A program made the position numbers and the translations under genes. Positions 26,110 through 39,452 of a stretch of 64,000 nucleotides of DNA are shown one piece after another. Origin of the DNA: Antedon mediterranea (taxonomy: Eukaryota; Animalia; Echinodermata); the NCBI RefSeq assembly GCF_964355755.1, contig NC_092670.1:7802201-7866200 (forward strand). Reading direction: 5' to 3'. Numbering within the stretch: the stretch's first letter is position 1; each line of letters opens with the position of its first letter. Under the pieces are notes generated by a model. That model did no database searches. It had not been told where the DNA came from and saw only the letters and a list, made by a program, of their open reading frames with translations.

Positions 26110-28940
26110 TTTTAAGCTGCCAAAAATTGCCTGGTAAAAATATCCGAACGAAAAACCACGCTGTAGAACGACTGGGATTGCGTTGAAAGCGATTTACTAG
26201 GCCTACCCGCATAATTTAATAATGTATTACCGACCAGCAATAGTTTCTGATGGATTTGCACATGAATCTAATTTACATTCTAAACCTGTTCAAAAATGTT
26301 TTTCTATCAAATAATATATAAATTAATTAATCAAACATCGTTTCCTTCTATTAATGTATTGATAATTCAAGGATATTTAGGCACAGTGGGACCCCTCTTT
26401 CCCCAAGGTGTAACATTTTCGTTATCCGAACGGAATCTAATGGATGTGTGTAAAATGTGTTTATAAGAACAAATCTCGATTCAAGGCACACTTTGCTTAG
26501 TCCCGAAGAGTGTCCTTTTAATAGGAATTCTACTGTATTTTATCAATAATGTAAAACATTTGTGTGTGTTTTTTTTAATACTGTACTTAAAAATTGAGAG
26601 CGACAGAGGGCGTGTTATTTCATATTTTAGCTCATATTGACAGATAAAGATAAGTAACTGTAGATTTTAGTATACAGCTATTGTGGAGTCACCATTAATT
26701 TTTCTGAAAATCTGTACTGTAGTGAGTATCTATTAAACTCTAAAAAACAAACAAAAAAACAAAACAAAATGCTATACTTCGGCAAAATTGTATTTTTCCA
26801 CGCAATTTCTTTTTTCTTACAATTTCCGATATAAGCAAATTAGAACAAAACGTAATTTTGTATTGAACCCTCATTCATGTTCACGTGACACCACCCGCCA
26901 CCTCATATTATGGTATCATTCGTTGCAATGAAAGAGTATAGCATAATAGGCCTACACATTTATTGGCTTATACACAACAACAGGACCAAATATTGCCTTA
27001 AAAATGTTTTAATGAAAGAACAATACCATGAACGTACACCTTTCTTGGCTTAGTTGCGATGAGTGGATTTCAGGCCGAAATGTTTGACTTTGACGATGCT
27101 GTGTAATGAAAAAAACAATAGGCCTTAAAACTTAGCCCACACCTTTTCCTGGCTTAGAATTTGCGGCGAGTAGGCTAAAACAGGCCGAAATGTGACTTTA
27201 AAAATGCTGTAATCAAAAAACAATAGACTTTTTGAAATACAACGAGCATTTGAAAGGTATTTAGGACGACTGAGTATAAAACACTTAATTAAATAAGGTG
27301 TTTGCTTTATTCTTAGCCTAACAAGGAAGCTACCTCTAGCCACGTGTGTGTAGATTTAAGCTGTGTAACATATTTACAGGAGTGATTATAATTACATTGT
27401 AGATAGTTCTGGATTTCAATGGCGACACGCTTTACCCTATTTACTTTTACCTGATAATCGCGCTCAGGTATTGTAGTCACATCCACGTGCCTGTAACTCC
27501 GATTCCATTGTCTTGCGTGGATCCGCAACACCCGTGTCTTAATCCCAGCTCATTCATGTTAATATTATTATATAATAGGACTTTTTGCAGGTTTCAAGTG
27601 CCCGGTTAGTAAAGTGGACAGAAGAGATTTAAAACTCAGACTTTTACTATTGCTATAAGTGTCTATTTCCGTTTAACAAAATAAAAATAAAAGGAGGCAT
27701 ACAAACATGCTATGAAAACTTGTTATCATATTCTATGTTATGCCGTTGTTTAAAACAGCATAGTGAGATACGGTAAGCGTATAATTATATACACTTTTTA
27801 ACAATTATAAACAATTTTGTGAGGCCATTTTACACAGACGAGCGAAAAAAAAAACACGAAAAAATGAATTGAAACGAATAATCTGTTTATACATACATAG
27901 CTTTCTATTGTTTTCCGTTACCGCTCGTCTGTGAAAATTAGCCTTAATAATCAAAATGCAATATAAAATTCATAATTTAATAATCAAAGCATGGATGTTT
28001 CCAGGTTATAAAGTAGCCTACAGTACATCATTCGTTTACTTGTATAATGTTCTATTTATGTTTCATAGTATTTATTAATAGAAATATCACTTATTTTAAC
28101 ATTTTTGGAAGCCACAATGGGTTAATAATGATTAATAAAATATATATTTTAATTAATACAAAAATGTAACCGATACAATACCGTATACTTGCTGGGGTGG
28201 TTTTTTTTTCACTGTATTATTTTGATATGAAAATCAGTTTTTTAAATAAAACAAAAATCAAATCAACCTAGGTAAAACCTCTATTATGTATGTACCACCT
28301 CCTGAATCACTGGTGCCTGGATACGTAGCTATAGTGTGTAAAACATAATATATTTCTCCTTGTTCTTCACACAAAGGTTATCCCCTTGTCTCTATGATAT
28401 TTTGATATACTGTAATATGGGATTATTAATATATAGCCCCGATTTTAAGAAGACTTCAGTTTATAAGGCTTGGCAGTAGTATTCAAACTTATACAAACGT
28501 TAATTTGAATTGTGTCCCCCTAAATAAGGTTGTACCAAAAAAAGTAGGTACCATGTATATAATTTTAAATAGTTGTTATTATGACGCTCGAATGTCGTCA
28601 ATGCCATGTTTAGAGGTTATGGTAATTAACGTTTTTAATTGCATTTTAAAATGACAGATCTGTTATGAGTCTTAATTGCGGTATGCCTCTAAACAATATT
28701 CATTTTCTGTTGTAACATGTGTAGTAATTGTGATTGGCTAGTCCGCGTTGCTCTTAGTTATTTGCCTATGAAGTGCTATCCGTGGATAACGTGTTACGTC
28801 AACCAGAACAAAAATTCGCGAGTTATTGATTTTTTTTACACGATGAGAAAAATACTTTTAAATTTATTAATTTAATCGTTAACAATATTTTAAATTCAAC
28901 CATGGTGGTGGCCTACAATATAACAGATAACATGAAATAA

Positions 28941-29286
28941 AATGATGATGGTTGTAATGATAATAATGATGATGATGATGATGAATTGATGGTTGTGATG
29001 ATGATAATGATGATTGTGATGATGATAATGGTTGTGATGATGATGATGATGATTGTGTTGATGATGGTGATGATGATGATTGTGATGATTGTGATGATGA
29101 TAATGGTTGTGATGAAGATGATGATGATGATGATGATGATTGTGTTGATGATGGCGATGATGATGATTGTGATGATTGTGATGATGATAATGATTGTGAC
29201 GATAATAATGGTTGTGATGAAGATGATGATGATTGTGATGACGACGATGATGATGATTGTGATGACGACGATGATGATGATGATTG

Positions 29287-29318
<32 letters not shown>

Positions 29319-29391
29319 GTGATGATGATTGTGGTGATGATTGTGATGAAGATGCTTGTGATGATGATTGTGATGACGATGATGATGATTG
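28941..29391. repeat. Compound (GAT)n microsatellite with TGT/GGT/AAT/GAC interruptions
   Basis: About 450 bp of in-phase triplets, which produce the spurious poly-His and poly-Met ORFs. Confidence 0.97.
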
Positions 29392-30815
29392 TTTGTCATT
29401 TGATTGTTATATAAAGTTTGATAGTGTAGACAGAGCTTTATTAGAAAAGTATGATTTAATTGTAAAAAGTGAAAACCCTTATAATCAATAAAATCCATCG
29501 ACAGGTGAGTAAATGTATCCATAACGATTTTGATATCAAATACAAATATTATCAAAGCAACCGCATGTATTTTTCTATTTCCAATCAAACAGGTAAATGT
29601 ATTTAACATTAGTTAAGTAAACCCTTATTGTGTTGATTTATTTATAGATGATCGGATTGTATTATCATTTCCCATCCTATGAGTTATAAACCACAATATT
29701 TATTTTGATAACAAAATGAGCTAGAGTGTGGCGCAACCCACGTGTTATAAATGCTTTAATATTCGCAACTGTTTCAATGAATCAAAGTTGTTTATTGGAG
29801 TTGTGTTTATTTACCGTACTAATAATTTAATTTCATTTTGAATATTATTTTTATAATTGTTTTCCGACTTTCTGTTTGAAAATTAAGAGGTAAGCTTGGT
29901 TTTCAAGGAATATTTTAGATTTTATCTAAATGTATTTTAAGGATTGGAGAGACGTAGCCCTATGTTAGTTAACATATTTCTTTAAAACAATCCTTAAAAA
30001 ATTGGAATATTGTTTTCACTTAGGCTACAAATAAACGGTTAAATTCAACGAAAAATCAATAGGCTGGTAGCCGATATGACTTTTTTCCTTTTAAATTACA
30101 TTTTTTTTGCAGATGAATATTTATTCAACATACAAATTTTAAAATACATAGGTCTATATATTTCTTTAAAATGAAATATTATTTATTTTATTTTAATACA
30201 CGATATTTTTAACGTATTTGTATTTTGTACAAAACTCAATAAAAAATTTAGATATATATATTTTTTTCATTTACCATACATTTTTGCTCCATTCGTCTAT
30301 GAAATAATAGAGCATTTTTGTATACATTTGTATAAATCCAGTATTTTCTTTTTGTGGGTTTGTCATCACATTTATTTCAATTCTCTGTATATAATTTTCT
30401 TTCATTTATTTTTATGTTCAATATATTATTATAAATATTCTTACAAAGTTAAAAGTAGTTAAATATATATGCATATTTACATAATAAGATGATTGATTTC
30501 AATATAAAATCATATTTCCTAAATGTTGACATAGTAGATGTTTATGCATGAGTATTCACACAATCGAGAGATAATAGTTTAACGCTAGGTTGATCATTAT
30601 AGGTTTGGAAGTGGTCCGTGTGATATCTTCCCACGAGTCGTGTATAGAAAACTCCAATGAACAACAAGAAGAAACCAATTGTAACAGTAACATCTAACGG
30701 AAGTGTATTATTAGGTCAATTCAAGACTATTCGTTCATGATTGATATAAGTAATCTATTAGGATTCACTATCCAAAAATAATTGAGCTTGTAAATTGAAA
30801 TTTACCTCTTTTTAA

Positions 30816-31182
30816 AGCTCTGTCCACACTATCAATCTACTTTGAAAAAAGTGTGATGTGTCGGACACATCACACTTTCACATCACCGGCCAAACCAGAG
30901 GCCAAACCAGAGGTGTCATTCAACATAAATGTTATGTGCGAGAGTACCATTTCCGGCCATCTAGGGTGTAAATTACCAAAAATCGCTTCGCCACAACCCC
31001 AACCATGGTGGGGCTGTGACTCAAGTACTTAGTGTCGGAATGCCCCCCCCCCCCCCGGGCCAAGCGTGACGCTTGATGTGAATCCTGGGGAGAACACTGT
31101 GTCCAAATATGGTAGTAATATGACACATCATGGGCACATCACATTTTGTTGTCACATAAAATTTTACAGTGTATACAAAGCT
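30816..31182. mobile_element. PIF/Harbinger (Tourist-like) MITE family A, carrying an internal ~200-bp GC-rich insertion
   Basis: Ends AGCTCTGTCCACACTATC / CAGTGTATACAAAGCT with TAA on both sides (30813-30815, 31183-31185). The segment at about 30885-31095 is absent from the other copies. Confidence 0.65.
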
Positions 31183-33280
31183 TAAGACCGAGTTTTCCAG
31201 TTTGTTTGTGTTTGCATTACATTTTTATTTATTCACTTTGACTAAAAATAAGATCAAAAAAGTAAAGTTGTTATAAGTGATTTTTATTGATACTTTATTG
31301 AAACTACAAAATAGCCTGATTTTATTAATCTTTATTTTTTATGTTTTTGGAGGACAATACCTTACCAATCTTATGGAATCGTCTGCTATTTAAGAAACAT
31401 CGTGCCTGGATCTTCTAAGACAATCAATTATAAGGATTGGTATTTCCCGGGTTCCAAAGCTTACTGCTGTTTAAATAATAAAGCTCCATAAAGCCTACAA
31501 AGTGCTATATCTATTGTGTTTTATTCCTTGAATTGTACAGAATAAGCAGTTTGTACGTATTTGTCAGATCCCTATTATTTTGATTTTCACAGAGCTTGGA
31601 AAAAAATATAAAGAAGTTTGATCACGGCCTTTGTTCACTAATTACGAGACAATAACGTATTAATGCGATAGACACGTTTGCACTACAATTTGTAAAGAAA
31701 CAGTTAAGCAGTTTGCTAAAATGTCTAAGATAAGAGAAGCTGCAGAGTAAAGGCCCATTCATAGACAACGATATAATATAAATATTCATTTTTTAACATA
31801 AAACCAAAAATATATATAGTTTACATCCTACTATAGAATACCATTTTACTGTCTTTTATGAAAATAATGTTTTCACACGTAATGATTGGTAAGAGCAATA
31901 ATATCGTGACGATACCACGTTTTTCTGTTTATCATGTCGTCATTTGATAGGAGGTTAAATAATATATTATGAGACACAGCATAAATGGTTATCAAGATTA
32001 AATTGTAAAACTTACCTTTAAATGTGAAACTACAGCAGCTATCCGTTTAACTTCATTCAGTCCAATGTTACCGTATCAATTCTGTTCACATTGTTCCTGC
32101 GAATAAATATTTTACGGAAAATGCATAAAAATCATCATTTTCCTTGGTGTTACAAATTGAAATTATTTAACGTACCAATGAATGTTTACCCTGTTTTTTC
32201 CATACATTTAGTAAGTTTGTAGGTGTGGTTCACACAAATTAGATATCGCTTTAAAATGGTCGTGTAGCTTTGAAGGAACTCTGTTGAATATATCGTTGGT
32301 AATGGTGCTGCTGATTGTCAAAAACTAATCTAAATCGCGAGACATTAAGACATTAAATACAAACAAGAACATGTGAATTTAATTTAACTGAATACTTTAT
32401 TATTTTTTCATATATATATATATATGGAAGCTTTGTGTGAAGTTGTCAAAATTACATAAAATAAACATTTTGTTTAAAACTATGTTCGTAATTTAAATAC
32501 ATTATAACATTGGTATTATACTTGTAAAAAAACAATAACACGAAAACGGCATTAATACCAGGTACTATAAAAAACAAAACTTTATAACAAAATAATTGGT
32601 TTTTTTTCTGATTGTCTATATAACGATAATACAAAAAACATATAAAAACAATAACAATTTATGTATATTCAAATGTTATATATGTCAAAGGTTTCTTAAG
32701 CAAAACATTCTTAAATAAATTCATGGTAGTTTTACCAACAGTTTAAAACAATATTCCCCAACAGAAGAAAGTCATATTAAGAGTTTTTAGAAAAAGTATG
32801 CAGAGATCGTAAAACAATTTATGGTAAGGTTACCAACAGTTAAAAAATGTCTCCCAACAAAAGTCACATGAAATAAGTCAATCGTCATTCAAAAAAAGTT
32901 TAAATATATGTTTTAAATTCTAAATTCTGCAACATTACATGTTACTTGTCATTTGCAAATAGGCGAATACCACTCATAATAATATTATTGTATTATTTCG
33001 TTCTATAGAGACTAAGTACGATAAACAAGGCACAATCAATGTAAACGTCACTTACTACAGATTACATCAGTTAATGAAGCCAATATAAATAAGTACATAC
33101 AAAATAGAGTTTAAGATAACCTAATACCAGGTTACCACTAGTTCTTTTTCATCCGTTTAAAATATTGCATCGACAAAAAATTCGTTAAACATTTAATACA
33201 TTTATACATTACTATAAGTGTTCTTTAGTAGTTCGTCACATTAAATTGCACATAATTAGGAGTTTGTTCATCATAGTTTA

Positions 33281-34105
33281 TCATGATGTTGATGTAGATG
33301 CTGGAACGATGCCGTATTTCTTAAATTGTGAAAAATGACTTGTTACTTTCTTCAACTTGCAATCTGAGACTTCTTTTCCGTTCAGTACATCTGTCATGAA
33401 TTCAATATAGATCATAGCGAGTCTCAGTGTTTCGATTCTGGAAAGTCGTTTTTCGTAGGCGAAAGTTGGGACGAATTTGCGGAGTTCATCAAAGGCTTCG
33501 TTCAAGCTGAACATGCGTTTTCTTTCACGGACATTTGCTGCTTTTCGTTGGGCTTGCGTCGGAACTCTTCTTCGTGTTTTCACCTTAGTAGGTGTCGTCT
33601 GCTGCTGTTGTTTATAAAAGTCTAGGCCCATTTGATAGTTGTTATTTCCTTGATAGAAATTACAAAACTGATCTACACCACTAAAAGCCATGTCAGCTAC
33701 ACTACCAGAAGGAACCATACATGACGGTTCTTGCCATTGTTGCTGCATGCCTACATGTGGTCCGTTCTGAAGGACGGTTCCGTTTTGAAAATTGTGCCCA
33801 TCATGCACTTGATGGTGTCCGGGTAACCCGTTGTAAACAGGCATTTGTTGAGGAGATGTTATCAACTCTCTTGGAGGTGAAAGCATGCAACTTGAATCGT
33901 AAGCAAAGTTACACGCCGATGATGTAGTGCAGGGTGCCGATGTTTGAAACATGTTCCCCATGTCTGTATAAGTTTGCGGTGGGCTAAGTTCTAGGCCCAT
34001 TGAATCAGACTCTGATAACGGTGGGCTAAGTAGAAGTGCATCTTCGTCGTTGCTAACCATATTCATCAGCTCATGTAGGCTGTGGTTCTGCTGAGCCATC
34101 ATCAT
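33281..34105 (-). CDS. FERD3L: Fer3-like / Nato3 (PTF1b-family) bHLH transcription factor, intronless, 274 aa
   Basis: The b[67 protein letters not shown] carries the Fer3/FERD3L-diagnostic [33 protein letters not shown]. The N-terminus is low-complexity and S/P/Q-rich. Confidence 0.92.
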   Translation of the reverse strand: MMMAQQNHSLHELMNMVSNDEDALLLSPPLSESDSMGLELSPPQTYTDMGNMFQTSAPCTTSSACNFAYDSSCMLSPPRELITSPQQMPVYNGLPGHHQVHDGHNFQNGTVLQNGPHVGMQQQWQEPSCMVPSGSVADMAFSGVDQFCNFYQGNNNYQMGLDFYKQQQQTTPTKVKTRRRVPTQAQRKAANVRERKRMFSLNEAFDELRKFVPTFAYEKRLSRIETLRLAMIYIEFMTDVLNGKEVSDCKLKKVTSHFSQFKKYGIVPASTSTS

Positions 34106-34202
34106 TGCAGGCTATTAGTTTGTAATTGGACGTGTGAAGTATTCTGCAACAGATTTCCTTCTGCTGCTTCGTCGCACTCTACGATTACTACTACTCCATC
34201 GG

Positions 34203-34442
34203 CACGTGTGGCCTTATATACCTTTCCAATTCTCCTAAACAACTAGGGGGTTTAATTTAATTTACTTTAGATTCTGAATTTAGCATACTTAATTAAGCTT
34301 AAGCATGTAAAAGAATGGTAGCCTGCGCATGACAAAGCGTGCTCCATTCAAGTCAGCTGATGTGATCGTCGAATAGGACCTCTCACAGGTGTTGTCGCTC
34401 GTGCCGTCCAAGTGAAAACATTTCAACAAACGCTATGATTGG
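34203..34442 (-). promoter_or_regulatory. Putative core and proximal promoter of the Fer3-like gene
   Basis: TATATAA on the minus strand at 34214-34220, about 110 bp upstream of the ATG. E-boxes CACGTG (34203-34208), CAGCTG (34354-34359) and CACCTG (34386-34391). CCAAT on minus at 34438-34442. Confidence 0.6.
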
Positions 34443-35171
34443 TCCGATGTCATACTTCAATGAACGTCAATTGGAGTAGGTGGGCGTTCCGTAGGCCCAC
34501 GAGAACAACAGAGTTTTGAAAGAGTAGGCCTACACGGGTGCCTCGCGTGGCTCGGACCCTTCTTAATGACTAAAGAACTTTTAAGAAGGATATTGGCTTT
34601 GATAAATGAATGTCTTGTATTGGAGTTACCCTTTAAAGTAGAACTATTTATCCCCCAACACATTAATCCATACAACCTTGTAGAGGATGTGATTTTCATT
34701 GATAATATAATATATTAGAAACCAGTAGTATAGCCCTATTATACCTGTTGGTATAATAGGGGTTTTACAATGGCATTTGTCTCGAGTAAGTCGAGAATTG
34801 ATTTGATAGCGTTTGATTAGCCAGAGTAATAATATGTGATTCTTCGGACAAACACAAAAGACATTGAAGACGATTTTTACATAATTTGTTGACTTTATAC
34901 CTAATGCACTATTTTGTACAAATATGATACAATAGAAAGTGTGAAACTGCATAGCCTAACTCAACAACACCTAAAATGGGTTAAAACTAAAATTTATTTG
35001 AATCAATGAAAAACGTACGTTAGGACTATAAACTTTCGAAAAAAATTAAGATAGACAAAATAAATTGTGTTGACTTATTCTTATTTGTTTAAAAGTTACT
35101 AATCAGTAACCAGTAACATTCATCAATATCAATGTATAATAATATTGTCTCCTGAACCCATGATTTAAAGC

Positions 35172-35303
35172 AAACAAGGCTATATACATGCCTGCAGTCG
35201 CGTGCTCAAATATGAGTTAGTTTTTACCGGCTAACCGACCGACCGACCGACCGACCAACCGACCGACATAGTGAGCTGTAGAGTCGCGTCGTACGGGACT
35301 AAA
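35172..35303 (-). mobile_element. Helentron/DINE-like element, family C, copy 2, with (CCGA)n
   Basis: TATACATG.CTGCAGTCGCGTGCTCAA...(CCGA)n CATAGTGAGCTGTAGAGTCGCGT...GACTAAA. Confidence 0.65.
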
Positions 35304-36548
35304 CATGGTTAACTGGGTTTTGATTACATTTTGCAATTGCAGTTAAATAGGAACACTGTTAAATTATAACTGAAATTGAGTTGAATTTGAGTAAAAGTTC
35401 TTTCAAAGAACATATTTGCATGAAGTAAGACTCTGCTTGATTATAATGACGAATAAACACTAATAACGTAACGAACTATATCGTTATTATTGTAATACCA
35501 TAGACATAGGCCTAGTGTATAACTGCTTGTAGAACTCTTTGATCGGTTAAACAGTGTGAACCTTACTGAAAAGTTCAAAACACAAAAATAATTGTTATAA
35601 ACCTCAACTTATAATAACGTTATGCTTCATTGCACATTCTCTTCAAAACGAAGAAACAATTGGTATTTCAAGTATTTTTTTGCTGTAAAACAATAAAAAA
35701 AATAGCACATACAAAATTATTATTATCATAATATAAACATTTATGATTCGAATAGAAAAAGTGTGCCTAAAATAGTGACATTTTGTTACATTTTACCACG
35801 ATTAACGCAACAGATTGATTTATTTTGAAGTGTAATGGAACGTAAAATTCGATTAACTTCAGTGGCTAATCGATCAACGAAGCGTATTGAACTTGGCTAA
35901 ACTGAAAGTATTACCAAAGAGTTCCCACGTATCGCTGTATACATTTCATATGCAGGCCGTTATTATATGACAGACACCTGGCCTAAGCTTACGTATTACA
36001 CTAAGTAGTATCTTTTCTGGTGCTTCCTAGTGGCCTTATGGTTATTATTAGTCTGCGCTCTTAAATTTTTGAATAAGGATGAATTTCGCGCTGGTTATTA
36101 TGGCATCGAACGCAGCTGCAATTGGTCGATGTAGGTTTCCCGACGGCCTTTTTTCTAAGCGGCAGGTTTAAAATGTTTATCTTCGTGGGATAGACGTTTC
36201 ACCAGGAATTATTCAGTATTGTTTGTAAATTAATCTTAAGCATAATTAATACACTTATGATTTAATACACGCATTTAACAAGTTATGCTTAGTAAAGGAA
36301 TTCTTTGAGCTAGAGAGCATGAATTTATAATCATGAAATTTAGAATATTATAAATTTAATTTAGTGTGGATTTTTATAATAAATGCTGTATGTTATTAGG
36401 CCTAATCTTTACATTTTTGTACTTTTACTATTTTATTACGTATTATCAATTATTTTTTAGTTAGATATTTTACTTTATGTGGTTTTGTTCCTTTTTAAAT
36501 AAAAATGCTCATAAATCAACCACAATATTTTACTTAAACACACGAATT

Positions 36549-37115
36549 GTTTAATTCATTATCTATGTCTCTGTTTTGAATATGCATCGATGTTTATAAT
36601 AAAAAGATATTCTTTGTATATTGTGTACGGTATTTACTTAGGTAAGTATGTGTCCTACACTGGTAAACATAAATTATATAAGAAAATATTAAGAACTATA
36701 TAACAATCAAAACTATTTCATTTCTTAAAATCTGGCTAAATCTGTTTTTTTTTTTGGTTTAATTCATTATCTATATCTGTGTTTTGAATATGCATCTATG
36801 TTTATAATCAAAATGATAATCTTTGTAGGCCTATATTGTGTACTTAGGTAAGTATGGGTCCTACACTACTAAATATAAATTATATAAGAACATATTAAGA
36901 ACTATATACGATTATCTATTTTAATTCTTTTTCTAGGTATATCTGTGTTTTGAATATGCATCGATGTTTTATAATCAAAACGATATTCTTTGTATATTGT
37001 GTACGGTATTTACTTAGGTAAGTATGTGTCCTACACTGGTAAACATAAATTATATAAAAAATATTAAAAACTATAACGATTAAATTTATTTTATTTCTAA
37101 AAATCTGGTTAAATC
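36549..37115. repeat. Three degenerate tandem copies of a ~190-bp unit
   Basis: GTTTTGAATATGCATC.ATGTTT..TAAT...TACTTAGGTAAGTATG.GTCCTACACT near 36573, 36781 and 36947. Confidence 0.88.
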
Positions 37116-39340
37116 CGGGAGTATAATGATTAAAGCTAAAATCGTGAAACAAAAAACAATTTACTGGTCATTGATCGACCTAATGATGATGAACGTAAAC
37201 AATAGACAGCATGTAACAGGTTGAACCACACTCAATGATATACGACGCGTCATCAGGTTTTCCTTCAGATTTAAAACTTCGACGTAATTTGAGTGTGAAT
37301 ACAGTTTGCCCTTCATACAGCATGTTACCACTCATTAACGAATTCATAAACGATAAAGGTAGAATTAAAATTCTAGAAACGCTTTGTTTGAAGTAAGTCT
37401 TTCTTTATTGACAATAGTAAGAGATAGAAATTAAATCAGATTTATATAATGAGTAGAATGTATATTAAACGACAGCAAGCTATTGCTGGTTATCCCCCCG
37501 TCCCCCACCCACCCCCTTTAGTATTTCTTTGATTTATTCCACATTTATTTTACTTTGTGTTACAGATACAAATAAACCTTTTTCATCCTTCGCATGCAGT
37601 TTACATGGTCGCAGTTCAAGAATACAATTATTATGCTATTGAAAACTTTACTAACAATTTAAGTAAATGCACTGTCAGATTATCTCTGAAAACTATAGAT
37701 ATAGGCCTACATCGTATTTCTGTAGGGGAAAACGAACTTATATAGCGATTCGTACGTGCCGATAATGACGGGGAGGGGTGGGGGGGGGGGGGAGCTTTAG
37801 AGTTCATATCCGAAACCAACACAAATTAGTTCTTTCCATGAGTCTGTCATGTAACTTGAATTGTATGAAGATGAAATACACTGTTTTATGGAATGTTCAA
37901 CTTATGATGATATCAGATCTCGTTTTTTTCAACTTTATTAGCTGGCTCAACCCATCCTTGTCAGATCTAACAAACAAACATTCAAGTTTTTAATGTTTTA
38001 TGGCAACCACTGTTCTACAGTTGATAAATTTGCCTATCAATTGCTCTCCTTACGCCAGTCCATTGTTTTCAACAAGTAATTTGTTGAAGTAAATCTGTTT
38101 AAAGTAGTAGATGTTTTTTAACCGTCTCTATTTTCTATCAGAGTCTATTTATAATTGTTATTTTATATATTCACTCATAAGCCAGAATGTGCTGGTCTTG
38201 TATTACACAACTTAAAAAAAATAAATAGCATCCATCTTTAAATCATACTACCCAAAGAAGCTGTTCCGGAAGGTAAACCATTGACCATTTTCTTAAGTGC
38301 ATAGCCAATTAATAACATAGAATGTCTTACAATAAATCAAGAAAATATCACTAGGCCTTTAATGACATAAATTTACATATCGATTATCATTTTAAGTTTA
38401 ATTTTAATTGTTAAATACGTTTTTAGTGTTATCATAATCTATTGAACTTATACTGGTTCCTGGTGCATTGTATCCTGAATACACATTATGACGTTATAAA
38501 TTATCTGTATGTACCTAATGACAGAGATATATACTCTGTTAAAAAGTACTTAATACAGCTAGATTCTTTGCTAGATAACTGGCAATAGTCTCCACATAGT
38601 GACAGCTACAGAATCGGGTGCACGTACTTTGAGTTTTGCAGATATAAATTGCTATCTGAAAGTTGGACGAGTCACTCCCTGGTTGACATATCAATAAAGG
38701 ACAAGTCTGGAAAAGTCTGTTAATTTGTATACATTTTATTATCAAAAAGAGTGGAAACAATTGTCTTGATAACGAAATCAAACAAAACCATTAGCACATG
38801 CGAATTATTACTAGTGTTTTAGCTCAAAACAATTAACATCTTTTTCTAGGCTCAGTTTTTCTGTGACACCACCAAAGACACACTGTTTACACGCCCGACA
38901 AAAGCCGTACATTAGGCCGATTTTCAAACTTTCTCCAAAAGCCAAAAAACACACAAAAAAAGTGTCATTGTTGGCTTTTGCACTATACAATGTCACTTCG
39001 TATTCTGTACAGCCGTACTTTTATAAGAAAGCCTATGCCTAATGTTCATAAAACAAAAAATCATAATAGCTAATTTTGTTTCTATTGAGAACAATGTAGG
39101 CCTATCATTTTCCCAATTCATAATGAATAAAATCAAATTCTAACGCAATACTCAATCACAAAAAAAAATACTGTAGTATTTTCCTTAAATTACGGTATTA
39201 TCAGGTAAATATTTGTTTTTTAATAATATCAAAATGAATTAAATTGGCTTATTTAAAAAAAATAATAATAAAAACATTTTTAAGAGGACAATTCTAATTA
39301 TTTCAACTCTATCACGAGTGTGGTTAAAATAAACAAATGT

Positions 39341-39452
39341 AACAAGGTCATATACATGGCTGCAGTCTAGTCGCGTGCTCAAATTTAAGTTAGTGTTTAT
39401 CGGCCGACCATTCGACCAACCGACCGACATAGTGAGCTGTAGAGTCGACTAA
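39341..39452 (-). mobile_element. Helentron/DINE-like element, family C, copy 3
   Basis: AACAAGGTCATATACATGGCTGCAG...TCGCGTGCTCAA...CCGACCGACATAGTGAGCTGTAGAGTCGACTAA. Confidence 0.65.

Noticed and set aside
28896-29609. 237-aa poly-His ORF and the opposite-strand poly-Met ORF
   Set aside because: These are translations of a (GAT)n microsatellite, and the flanking part runs through a MITE TIR and AT-rich non-coding DNA.
33721-33927. Antisense ORF within the bHLH gene (also 5357-5599, 62500-62802 and 62520-62822)
   Set aside because: Shadow frames of real coding sequence.
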